Source: Pseudomonadota bacterium (GTDB lineage Bacteria; Pseudomonadota; Alphaproteobacteria; Rhodobacterales; Rhodobacteraceae). Taken from it: DNA of 64,000 bases. The notes below the pieces were generated by a model. The model ran no database searches, was not told the DNA's origin, and was given only the letters and a program-made list of their open reading frames with translations. Of this stretch, positions 47,712 to 56,440 are shown piece by piece. Made by a program: the position numbers and the translations under genes. Location: assembly GCA_039030095.1 (NCBI GenBank), contig JBCCET010000004.1, forward strand, positions 16,057 to 80,056. Direction: 5' to 3'. The number at the start of each line of letters is the position of its first letter. Within the stretch, counting starts at the first letter, position 1.

Positions 47712-49121
47712 ATGACGGATATCACTTTGAAAACGGACTACCTGATCGCAGGCGCGGGCGCGGTTGGAATGTCGTTTGCCGACGTGATCCTAACCGAAAC
47801 GGATGCAGACATCATCCTGTTCGACAGCCGGGCCAAACCGGGCGGCCATTGGAATGATGCATACCCCTTCGTAACGCTGCACCAGCCCAGCCAGTACTAT
47901 GGCGTTTCCTCCAAAGAGCTGTCTTCGGGATTGCGCGATGAAGTTGGGTTGAACAAAGGTATGGCCGACCTTGCCAGCGGCGCAGAGGTAAACGCCTATT
48001 TTGACCAGGTCATGCGACAAACGTTCTTGCCAAGCGGGCGTGTGCGCTGGTTTCCCATGTGTGACTGGCTGGGTGGTACGCGGTTTCAAAACCGACTGAC
48101 GGGTCAGACCTATTCCGTGGAAGCGGCCAAAACTGTTGACGCGACATTTCTGAAGACGTCGATTCCTTCCCGGCACACGCCAAATTTCACCGTATCTGGC
48201 GCCAAGTTGATCCCGCTGAACGATCTTCCGGACGTGGCCACACCACCAGACGGATACACCGTGATTGGCGGCGGCAAGACCGGGATCGACGCTTGTCTGT
48301 GGCTCTTGGAAATGGGTGTAGCGCCCAAAGATATCCGCTGGATCACGCCGCGCGACGGCTGGATGCTGGACCGAGCGAACACGCAGCCCAGCATGGACTT
48401 TTTTGAACAAACCCTCGGGTCAGTTGCAAATCAGTTCGAATCCATTGCCTACTCCACATCAATCGACGATATGTTCGATCGGCTTGAAGCCTGCGGGTAT
48501 TTCGTGCGTATCGACAAAGACGTGCGGCCCAAAATGTTCCACGGCGCCACGATTTCGCAGGCAGAGCTTGCCGCCTTGCGCGAAATCAAAAACGTCGTTC
48601 GCATGGGCCGGGTCAAATCGCTGGGCGCTACTGAAATCGTGCTCGACGGTGGGACCGTTCCGACCACACCCGGAACATTGCATGTGGATTGCTCTGCCAG
48701 TGCGATCACCAATGAAGAGATCAAGCCGATCTTTGCGGATGATCTGATCACCCCGCAAATGGTGCGCAGCTATCAGCCGATCTTTTCCGCAGCTTTCATC
48801 GCTCACATAGAAGCGACGCGTGCAGATGACGCAGAAAAGAACCGCCTATGCGGGGTCGTGCCGCTGCCCAACCATGACACCGACTTTATCCGCTTCACCT
48901 CCGCCTTCATGCTGAACCAATACAATTGGTCGCAAGAGGAAGACTTACGGCAGTGGCTCTTGGAAAACCGACTGGATGGGTTTTCAAAGCTGGTCTCTCA
49001 GGTCACGCCGGAAGACACCGCCAAAAAAGCGATCCTGAAACGGATCAAGGAAGCGTCTTTCCCGGCGGGCATGAAACTGCAAGGATACGTGTCAGAGCTA
49101 AAAAAGTGCGGCATGGCATAA
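47712..49121 (+). CDS. FAD/NAD(P)-binding oxidoreductase
   Basis: 469-aa ORF with N-terminal 'DYLIAGAGAVGMSFA...FDSRAKPGGHW' and a second 'VIGGGKTGIDA' dinucleotide motif. Confidence 0.7.
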   Translation: MTDITLKTDYLIAGAGAVGMSFADVILTETDADIILFDSRAKPGGHWNDAYPFVTLHQPSQYYGVSSKELSSGLRDEVGLNKGMADLASGAEVNAYFDQVMRQTFLPSGRVRWFPMCDWLGGTRFQNRLTGQTYSVEAAKTVDATFLKTSIPSRHTPNFTVSGAKLIPLNDLPDVATPPDGYTVIGGGKTGIDACLWLLEMGVAPKDIRWITPRDGWMLDRANTQPSMDFFEQTLGSVANQFESIAYSTSIDDMFDRLEACGYFVRIDKDVRPKMFHGATISQAELAALREIKNVVRMGRVKSLGATEIVLDGGTVPTTPGTLHVDCSASAITNEEIKPIFADDLITPQMVRSYQPIFSAAFIAHIEATRADDAEKNRLCGVVPLPNHDTDFIRFTSAFMLNQYNWSQEEDLRQWLLENRLDGFSKLVSQVTPEDTAKKAILKRIKEASFPAGMKLQGYVSELKKCGMA

Positions 49122-49382
49122 TTGCTTGATCTGATCTGGCAGCTTCAAACCGTGTCTGAATCAATACGGCCAGGGTTACGGGGATCAGACCCAATGCCGT
49201 GAATTGGATCGCAGCCTGTTACGGTCTGATGCTCCCACAAGCCATCGCGGCATAGGGTGATTTCTGAATTATTGAACCGCTTCATTTGACTATGCCAATT
49301 TGATTTTCTTGCCCGCTTCCGGCTCTGATGCCTTCCTTTCTGGGTTGCCCGGGAAGGTCTGATTAGTCGTTTTACTGGACCG

Positions 49383-49523
49383 CATATCCTTGCGTTTGAG
49401 GGCGAGGCCCATTTGGAGTGGGTAGAGGGTAACTTCGAAGACTACGAAGAGGATAAGGTCCGTAGGCTAGGCCCGAACGCGCTGGAGCCGACGCGTGTGA
49501 AGTATAAGAAGTTTGCGAGGTAG
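49383..49523 (+). pseudogene. ettA: 3'-terminal remnant of ettA (ABC-F translational throttle ATPase)
   Basis: Manual translation gives HILAFEGEAHLEWVEGNFEDYEEDKVRRLGPNALEPTRVKYKKFAR*. This closely parallels the E. coli EttA C-terminus (...FFEGNFTEYEEYKKRTLG.DALEPKRIKYKRIAK). No ABC domains lie upstream. Only degenerate, frame-broken traces ('LPG..LIS..F.LDRI') are visible back to ~49320. Confidence 0.8.
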
Positions 49524-49555
49524 GATTTTGAAATCATTAATTTTATTTTGAGCTT

Positions 49556-50413
49556 ATGCCTGATTTTAAAAAGCACAAAATTAAAATCCGCTTTACTGGT
49601 GGAATTGCTGGTGAACATGCTTTGCCGCTTTATGACGGAACGACCTCAATTCAAGGCGTGGGCCAAGCACTGCAGATTGCCACCCATGCGTTTATGACTG
49701 TGGAAGTGGTCACTAGAGCAACCGCTTTACAAAGAGCCAGGTTCGAACTTCGGCCTGCTCGCAAAGGCAGCTTCGTTTTTGAAGTTATTGCGATAATAGA
49801 AACTTATCCAGCCATGTCTGGAATTGCGACCGCAATTGGCGCCCCGGTTTTTTATGATTTTTTGAAAACGGCATTAAAACGAGCTTCCGGCGACTCGGAT
49901 GCAGATCCTGAAACAGCTCACCTCAAGAGAATTTACGAGCGCAAGGAGCCTCCTCCGTTGATGCGACCGCCCGCTGATCTGGACGATTTGGCTGAGGTTC
50001 TGGAGGGTAGTCTTCAACGCGCACATAGACCGATTGATGGTCATGAGGGCATCGAAGCGATTGAGGTTTCGACACCCAGAACTCAGTTATTGACGTTTGA
50101 TAGCGAGTCGAAAGACTGGGTAAACACCCGGGATGAGGCGCTTGGTATAGAGGTCTTTACTGGCAATGTTACACGTTTCAATTCGTTATCAAGAAACGGT
50201 CGCGCATATATTGAGCAGTTAGGACGCGTTGTACCGATTAAACCCGGGCCAGAATACGACGTTCAAGGGCTTCCATGGCTTACTTGGTCGTTGCATGGCA
50301 GTAATGCAGGACTTCCAAACAAGCTGCAGGTTAGGGCAAGGAGAGTCAGCTCCGCTAATGGAAGGGTAAAGCGCCTTTTATTGGTGGACAGTATTCCTCA
50401 ACCGCAAGATTAA
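49556..50413 (+). CDS. hypothetical protein (285 aa), AT-rich orphan
   Basis: Clean ORF in a locally AT-rich segment (17/60 GC in 49541-49600; 28/60 in 49801-49860). No family or catalytic motif recognised. Weak RBS. Confidence 0.6.
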   Translation: MPDFKKHKIKIRFTGGIAGEHALPLYDGTTSIQGVGQALQIATHAFMTVEVVTRATALQRARFELRPARKGSFVFEVIAIIETYPAMSGIATAIGAPVFYDFLKTALKRASGDSDADPETAHLKRIYERKEPPPLMRPPADLDDLAEVLEGSLQRAHRPIDGHEGIEAIEVSTPRTQLLTFDSESKDWVNTRDEALGIEVFTGNVTRFNSLSRNGRAYIEQLGRVVPIKPGPEYDVQGLPWLTWSLHGSNAGLPNKLQVRARRVSSANGRVKRLLLVDSIPQPQD

Positions 50414-50639
50414 TTCTGGTGTTTTAGTCGCGCCATCGACGGGCCGCGGGGCGGCGATGCAACGATGGTTTGTGGCACTTTATGGTGAGGCCGTCAGGAC
50501 TCCTTCAAAGGGAAGCGCATACCTCAATCAATCGCTGGTCCGTGGGGCGGCCCGGCGATGGCGCGGCGGCCTGCGGCCTTGATTCCGCGCTCAGAGCTTC
50601 ACCTGCACCAGCTCCGCCATTGGATTGCGCCGCAAAGGT

Positions 50640-53600
50640 TCACCCCACCCCTCTAACCCGCTTGATCCCATCCGCCTCGTAACTCCACGCCTCCTCCCGC
50701 ACCTTCGCCACCTTCTTCCCCGGCACCTGAGACGGCGGCATCCACCGATGCGCCTCATACGTATTCACCATCATATCCGGCATCCGCTCCCCTGCCCCGC
50801 CGGACCGGCCCTCGCCGACACCCACAACCGGCGCGCCGTCCTCGGGCGTTAGCAGAGGCCGCAGCAGCGCCATGGGGTGAGACCGCAGTGTCAGGCGCAT
50901 GCTGACGTAGTCCTCCACCACCTCCTCGCCCTCGGTCATCTCGCGCAGGTGGACGGCGGGCTCCACGATGCCCTCGCCGTCCATATCGCCAGAAAAGAGC
51001 GGCAGGGGTTTCGGCCCGGCGATGGCCTTCGCGGCCCAGAGCGCTTCTCGCCTATTCACGCCCATGGAGGCGAAGGCGTCGGCCTCGGCCAGCACTTCCA
51101 TCGTGCGGCGGCTGACACCGGCCTTGCGCCAGAGGTCCTCGACCTCTCGGTAGCCATTCCCGCGCGCGGCGGCGATCCAGACCCCCTCATCCTCGCGCAT
51201 CGCCTTGATCTGGCGAAAGCCCAGCCGCAGGGCCAGCCCGCCGCGCCCGTCGGGTTCCATCGTGTTGTCCCAGGTGCTGGCGTTCACGCAGACCGGGCGC
51301 ACCTCTACCCCGTGTTCGCGGGCGTCGCGCACGATCTGGGCGGGGGCGTAAAACCCCATGGGTTGGGAGTTCAAAAGCGCGCAGGCAAAGATGCCGGGGT
51401 GGTGGCATTTGAGCCAGGAGGAGGCGTAGACTAAGAGCGCAAAGCTGGCCGCGTGGGATTCCGGGAAGCCGTAGGAGCCGAAGCCCTCGATCTGGCTAAA
51501 ACACCGGGCGGCAAAGTCTTCTTCGTAGCCGTTCTTCGCCATGCCCTCCATGAACAGGTCGCGGAACTCACTGACATTGCCGTGTTTTTTGAAGGTGGCG
51601 AGCGACCGACGCAGCCTGTCGGCCTGTTCCGGCGTGAAGCCCGCGCCGATGATGGCGATCTGCATCGCCTGTTCCTGAAAGAGCGGCACGCCGAGGGTTT
51701 TGCCCAAGACCTCGCCCAGCTCGTCAGAGGGGAAGGTGACCTTCTCCTCCCCCCTTCGGCGGCGAATGTAGGGGTGGACCATGTCGCCCTGGATCGGGCC
51801 GGGGCGGATGATCGCAACCTCGATCACCAGGTCGTAAAAGCAGCGCGGGCGCATTCGTGGCAGGAAGTTCATCTGCGCGCGGCTTTCCACCTGAAAAACG
51901 CCGACGCTGTCAGCCACGCAGAGCATGTCGTAGACCGCCGGATCCTCCGGCGGCAGCGTGGCGAGGGAGTAGCGCGTGCCGTGGTGACGGTCGATCAGGT
52001 CGAAGGCCTTGCGCACGCACGACAGCATCCCGAGCGCGAGCACGTCGACCTTGAGGATCCCTAATGCCTCGATATCGTCCTTGTCCCAGCAGATGACGGT
52101 GCGATCCTCCATGCTGGCGTTTTCCACCGGGACCAGCTCGTCGAGCCGGCCTTCTGTCATGATGAATCCGCCCACGTGTTGGGAGAGGTGGCGTGGGAAG
52201 CCCACGATCTGGTCAACGAGTGACAGCGTCTGGGCCAGTCGCTTGTCCGTTGGATCGAGGCCTATTTCGAGCAACTGATCCTCCGGCATACCGCCGGACG
52301 TGCCCCACCCCCAAAGCTGAGAACTGAGCGCAGAGATCGTGTCGCCCGACAGCCCCATAGCCTTGCCCACCTCGCGTATCGCGCGTTTGCCGCGATAGTG
52401 GATGACGGTGGCGCAAATCCCCGCGCGATGGCGGCCATAGCGCTCATAGATGTATTGGATGACCTCTTCGCGGCGTTCGTGTTCGAAGTCCACATCGATG
52501 TCGGGCGGCTCATCGCGGGCCTCGGACACAAAGCGTTCAAAAACCATGGTGCCGATTTCAGGGGAGACGGAGGTAACACCGAGGCAGTAGCACACCACCG
52601 AGTTCGCCGCAGACCCGCGCCCCTGGCAAAGGATGCCGCGAGACCGAGCGAAATCGACCACGTCGCTGACGGTCAGGAAGTACGGCTCATAGGCCAGTTT
52701 GGCGATAAGCGCTAGCTCGTGTTCCAGCAGCTTTTTCACCTTCTCCGGCGCGCCATCAGGGTAACGCCACTGAAGCCCCTCATAGGCTTGGCGCCGGAGC
52801 CGGTCAGTTGGCAACTCACCGACCGTAATTTCAGAGGGGTATTCGTAGCGCAGCTCGCTGAGACAAAAGGTGCAGCGGGCGGCAATCTCCCCGGCGCGGT
52901 GAACCGCCTCCTCATGTCCGGCAAAGAGGCGCAGCATCTCTGCCTCGCTGCGCATATGGCGTTCAGCATTGGTTTGAGCCTTAGCGCCAATGTCATCAAT
53001 CACAAGGCTCTCCCGGATGCAGGTGAGCACGTCCGCGAGCCTGCGGCGCGAACCACGGTGCATGACCGGTGCGGCAGAGGCGACAGTTGGCAAGCTCAGA
53101 CGGTCCGCAAGGTTGCTTAAGGCTGCAAAACGGGCAGGATCTTGGCCGTCATACTGAGGGGCCAGGAGAAGTGCGCAAGCCTTAGGAAAGCGGCGCGTCA
53201 AACGATCCGTATGAGACAGCCAAACGCGCGCGCCGCCCCGCATCGTTGCGCGGGTATCGAGGACCAAAAGCTGCTGCCCAGCGCCCCAATCCAGAATATC
53301 GTCCAGGTTGATATGACAGGAGCCTTTTTCCGCACGCCGCTTGCCAAGTGTCAGGATGCGGCAAAGCCGTCCCCAAGCGGCGCGATCTTGCGGCAGCACG
53401 ACAACAGAGAAACCATCCTGCGTCAGCAGGCGCGCACCGGGGATGAGGCGCGGTGGATTGATGTCCAACTCTTCTTCCCGAACCCGACGCGTCATCTCCT
53501 TGAGCGTGGTATGCGCGCGTACAATCCCCGCAACAGAATTTTCATCCGTCACCGCGAAAGCTAGCATATCCAGCTCCGCTGCACGTTCAGCATATTCTTC

Positions 53601-53663
53601 CGCATGGCTGGCGCCAGTCAGGAAACTAAAGTTGGACGTTATGCAAAGCTCAGCAAAAGGCAT
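50640..53663 (-). CDS. dnaE2: error-prone DNA polymerase DnaE2 (ImuC); the C-terminal ~65 aa are atypical
   Basis: 'MPFAELCITSNFSFLTGASHAEEY' PHP N-terminus. Pol III alpha core ('IIRPGPIQGDMVHPYIRRR', 'GFPESHAASFALLVYASSWLKCHHP'). The OB-fold block expected after '...LRSHPMALLRPLL' is not seen. Confidence 0.9.
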   Translation of the reverse strand: MPFAELCITSNFSFLTGASHAEEYAERAAELDMLAFAVTDENSVAGIVRAHTTLKEMTRRVREEELDINPPRLIPGARLLTQDGFSVVVLPQDRAAWGRLCRILTLGKRRAEKGSCHINLDDILDWGAGQQLLVLDTRATMRGGARVWLSHTDRLTRRFPKACALLLAPQYDGQDPARFAALSNLADRLSLPTVASAAPVMHRGSRRRLADVLTCIRESLVIDDIGAKAQTNAERHMRSEAEMLRLFAGHEEAVHRAGEIAARCTFCLSELRYEYPSEITVGELPTDRLRRQAYEGLQWRYPDGAPEKVKKLLEHELALIAKLAYEPYFLTVSDVVDFARSRGILCQGRGSAANSVVCYCLGVTSVSPEIGTMVFERFVSEARDEPPDIDVDFEHERREEVIQYIYERYGRHRAGICATVIHYRGKRAIREVGKAMGLSGDTISALSSQLWGWGTSGGMPEDQLLEIGLDPTDKRLAQTLSLVDQIVGFPRHLSQHVGGFIMTEGRLDELVPVENASMEDRTVICWDKDDIEALGILKVDVLALGMLSCVRKAFDLIDRHHGTRYSLATLPPEDPAVYDMLCVADSVGVFQVESRAQMNFLPRMRPRCFYDLVIEVAIIRPGPIQGDMVHPYIRRRRGEEKVTFPSDELGEVLGKTLGVPLFQEQAMQIAIIGAGFTPEQADRLRRSLATFKKHGNVSEFRDLFMEGMAKNGYEEDFAARCFSQIEGFGSYGFPESHAASFALLVYASSWLKCHHPGIFACALLNSQPMGFYAPAQIVRDAREHGVEVRPVCVNASTWDNTMEPDGRGGLALRLGFRQIKAMREDEGVWIAAARGNGYREVEDLWRKAGVSRRTMEVLAEADAFASMGVNRREALWAAKAIAGPKPLPLFSGDMDGEGIVEPAVHLREMTEGEEVVEDYVSMRLTLRSHPMALLRPLLTPEDGAPVVGVGEGRSGGAGERMPDMMVNTYEAHRWMPPSQVPGKKVAKVREEAWSYEADGIKRVRGVG

Positions 53664-53673
53664 ATCGCAATAT

Positions 53674-53688
53674 ATTCACTTTTTGTTC
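53674..53688. promoter_or_regulatory. candidate alphaproteobacterial LexA (SOS) box upstream of dnaE2
   Basis: ATTC-ACTTTTT-GTTC on the plus strand, which reads GAAC-N7-GAAT on the gene strand. This is one mismatch from the GTTC-N7-GTTC direct repeat, 11 nt upstream of the ATG. Confidence 0.45.
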
Positions 53689-53758
53689 TAATTTCGAGTC
53701 TGAAAGAGTACCTTTGCCGACCATAAAACCTGGGCGTTAGTACAAGCGGCAAATGAAG

Positions 53759-53890
53759 GAGCCTCCGGCGGGGATATTTAGGAACAAAGGAAGGTAAAAG
53801 GTCTCATAACCGTCCAGAGATCCTTTAGACGCCGGTGGTACCCACCCCACAAAACAACCCTTTTTCCTTTGTTCAAAAATATCCTGGGGG
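53759..53890. repeat. intergenic palindromic (long-hairpin) repeat element, copy 2
   Basis: Starts GAGCCTCCGGCGGGGATATTT and ends AAAATATCCTGGGGG. The inner ~19-nt arms atatttaggaacaaaggaa / ttcctttgttcaaaaatat are inverted. Same termini as 6715-6790. Followed by the GGGGGCAAAGCCCCC hairpin. Confidence 0.55.
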
Positions 53891-53965
53891 CGGCGAAGCC
53901 GGGGGCAAAGCCCCCTCGCTGGAGCGCAGCGACTGATAGACTTGCGGCGCAGCCGCGCCTTTGGA

Positions 53966-54898
53966 CTAGAGCTGGGCCAAAATATCGCGTGCTTGGGCGC
54001 AATCCGCATGCATTTGAGTGATAAAGGCGTTCAGGCCATCAAAGGTCTCTTCCGGTCGCAAAAATTCCACCAAAGCGACGGAGATTGTCTGTTCGTAAAG
54101 GTCGCCCTCGAAATCAAGAAGATAGACCTCCAGGTTCGGAGCCGTTTGGTCATCGAACATCGGGCGTACGCCGATAGACGCCGCACCCTGGTAGCGACCT
54201 GCCTGCGGACCCGTCAACACATCCACCAGCACCGCGTAGACGCCAAAACGCGGCAGATGCAGGCCGCCAAGACCCACATTAGCTGTAGGAAAGCCGAGCT
54301 CCCGGCCACGTTTGAAACCGTGTTCCACTGCACCTTCGACCCGGTGCCAATGACCCAACATAGACGCAGCATCGCGGGGATATCCGTCCGCCAGCGCAGC
54401 GCGAATAGCGGTCGATGAAATCTCCCGCCCCTCTTGGTCAATCAAAGGCGCCTCTGTCACGCTGAAGCCAGCATCCGTACCCATGGACCGCAGCGCCCCG
54501 AGATCCCCGGCGCGGCCTTTGCCAAAGCGAAAATCACTGCCGACCACCACACGGGACACGCCCATCGCCCCGACGAGGAGCTGGCCCACAAAGTCCTCGG
54601 GCGACAGTGCGGACAACGCGCGGGTAAACGGCACCTCGTAGAGCACGTCAAGACCCAAGGTCTGCAACCGGTTGGCCCGAGCATTCGCCGACATCAAACG
54701 AAATTCCGGCGCATCCGGCTGGAAGAGGCGGCGCGGATGAGGCTCAAACGTTACGCAGCCCCAAGGTGCCTCCGGGGCGGCCTCCCGCGCCAGGTTCAAA
54801 ACCGACTGATGCCCTAAATGCACGCCGTCGAAATTGCCCATGGCAACCGTCGCGCCGCGCAGGGCGCAAGGATCCGTGAATGTGCGGAAAATTTCCAT
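53966..54898 (-). CDS. ribF: bifunctional riboflavin kinase / FMN adenylyltransferase
   Basis: 310-aa ORF with 'VAMGNFDGVHLGHQ', 'GFPTAN' and 'RPMF...LEVYLLDF' RibF motifs. Confidence 0.9.
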   Translation of the reverse strand: MEIFRTFTDPCALRGATVAMGNFDGVHLGHQSVLNLAREAAPEAPWGCVTFEPHPRRLFQPDAPEFRLMSANARANRLQTLGLDVLYEVPFTRALSALSPEDFVGQLLVGAMGVSRVVVGSDFRFGKGRAGDLGALRSMGTDAGFSVTEAPLIDQEGREISSTAIRAALADGYPRDAASMLGHWHRVEGAVEHGFKRGRELGFPTANVGLGGLHLPRFGVYAVLVDVLTGPQAGRYQGAASIGVRPMFDDQTAPNLEVYLLDFEGDLYEQTISVALVEFLRPEETFDGLNAFITQMHADCAQARDILAQL

Positions 54899-54954
54899 GG
54901 CGCTGGCCTAGCCGCAGGGACGGCGCGCTGCAAGAGGGGCTAAATTCAAAAAGG

Positions 54955-55413
54955 CTAGTCGAACTTCCGACTTGGGGCCAGCACCAGTGCTTCCCCGGCC
55001 AGAACAGGTTTATCCCGGACGGTGCATTGGCAGCCCAACGTGACGCGCCGTTTGGCGTAGTCGATAGCGGTCACCGTCACTTCTGCCACAACGCGGTCAC
55101 CCGGACGCACAGGGGCAAGGAATTTCAGGTCTTGCTTCATGTAAATCGTGCCGTGGCCCGGCAACTGTTCACCGATCACGGCAGAGATCAGGCCAGCGGT
55201 CAGCATGCCGTGGGCGATGCGACCCGAAAAGATCGTTTCTTGCGCGTAATCTTCATCCATGTGCACGGGATTGTGGTCCGTGGACAGTTCAGCGAACATC
55301 TCAATTTCTTTATCGCCGATGGTCTTTGACACAGACCGTTTCATGCCAATTTCCAGATCTTCGATCGGGATGGTGCCGACAGGCAGGTTATGGCCGCGAT
55401 TTTGATCCAACAT
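54955..55413 (-). CDS. MaoC-family (R)-specific enoyl-CoA hydratase/dehydratase
   Basis: The ATG at 55413 gives a 152-aa hot-dog fold protein. 'FAELSTDHNPVHMDEDYA...GRIAHGML' is the MaoC signature. Confidence 0.85.
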   Translation of the reverse strand: MLDQNRGHNLPVGTIPIEDLEIGMKRSVSKTIGDKEIEMFAELSTDHNPVHMDEDYAQETIFSGRIAHGMLTAGLISAVIGEQLPGHGTIYMKQDLKFLAPVRPGDRVVAEVTVTAIDYAKRRVTLGCQCTVRDKPVLAGEALVLAPSRKFD

Positions 55414-55561
55414 GGTTGATTCCGTTATGCTGCAACTGCACAATATCTGGCTATCTGCCGCCGAAAAGGCAAGCCTTTCGGGCAATAAAACACCGAATAT
55501 TCCAAAGCGGTTGTAACTTTATTACCTTGGTGTCGCTTTAGCGGGCCAATTTTCAGCAATT

Positions 55562-56440
55562 TTAGCGCAAGTGCCCGATGGTGAAGGTCGGCGACATTTT
55601 GTGCGCTTGCAGAAAATCTTCCAACTTATCGGCCTCGGGCGACCGGTCTGTGGCCGTTTCAGCCGCGGCCAGCCCACCGGAGATAAAGAGACTGTCGATC
55701 CCTTCTCCCATAGCACCTGGCACATCGGTCAGGATCCCGTCGCCGACACCCACGATCCGGGCATCCGGTATCACGCGACCAGCCGCTTCGGTCAGGCGCT
55801 GACGGGCCAGATCATAGATCGGCGGATGAGGTTTGCCAAAATAGAGCGCCTCACCGCCACGTTCGGAATAGGCTTTAGCTAGAGCGCCGGCGCAGTAGAG
55901 CCGTTTGAGGCCGAAATCGACTACAATATCGGGATTGGCGCAGATCATCGGCAAACCGCGATTCTTTGCGTCCAGCAGCAGAGCGGCATAGTCGTCCGGC
56001 GTTTCGGTCTGATCGTCAAAGAGGCCCGTGCAGACAACGCTTTCCGCCTGGTCCAGCGCGACCCGTTCGATGTTTTCGATCCCCGGGATGTCCGGATCGG
56101 CAGCAAAAAAGGCCTCATCTTTATCAGGTCCCAGGTGATAGACTTTCCGCCCATAAGTACCGGAAGCCACGGCCGCTTTGGCGCTGTCGCCACTGGTGGC
56201 AACTGCCTGCCAGATGTCGGTCGGCACGCCCAACTTGCCCAGGTGTTGTTTTACCGCCTGTTGCGGACGCGGCGCATTGGTCAGCAAAACCACGTAGCCG
56301 CCTTTTTCCACAAACGCGCGCAAGGCCGCGACAGCGGCGGGAAACGGTTCCCGACCGTTGTGAAGGCAGCCCCAAAGATCCACAAACGCGGCCTCATAAC
56401 GGTCAGACACTTCTGCGAAACAGTCGATGATGGGGTGCAT
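55562..56440 (-). CDS. HAD-superfamily class IIA hydrolase (TIGR01459-like)
   Basis: The ATG at 56440 gives 'MHPIIDCFAEVSDRYEAAFVDLWGCLHNG' (DxWG HAD motif I variant), with 'LLTNAPRP' and 'VGDGILTDV' motifs. Confidence 0.8.
   Translation of the reverse strand: MHPIIDCFAEVSDRYEAAFVDLWGCLHNGREPFPAAVAALRAFVEKGGYVVLLTNAPRPQQAVKQHLGKLGVPTDIWQAVATSGDSAKAAVASGTYGRKVYHLGPDKDEAFFAADPDIPGIENIERVALDQAESVVCTGLFDDQTETPDDYAALLLDAKNRGLPMICANPDIVVDFGLKRLYCAGALAKAYSERGGEALYFGKPHPPIYDLARQRLTEAAGRVIPDARIVGVGDGILTDVPGAMGEGIDSLFISGGLAAAETATDRSPEADKLEDFLQAHKMSPTFTIGHLR

Noticed and set aside
49145-49285. 46-codon minus-strand ORF (MKRFNNSEITLCRDGLWEHQTVTGCDPIHGIGSDPRNPGRIDSDTV) in the non-coding stretch before the ettA remnant.
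   Set aside because: It has no SD and no recognisable family. It lies in what looks like decayed sequence, so there is not enough evidence to call a gene.
50470-50852. Plus-strand ORFs 50470-50682 and 50625-50852 in the GC-rich segment after the orphan gene.
   Set aside because: They have Pro/Arg/His-rich junk composition. The second is antisense to the dnaE2 tail. Neither has an RBS.
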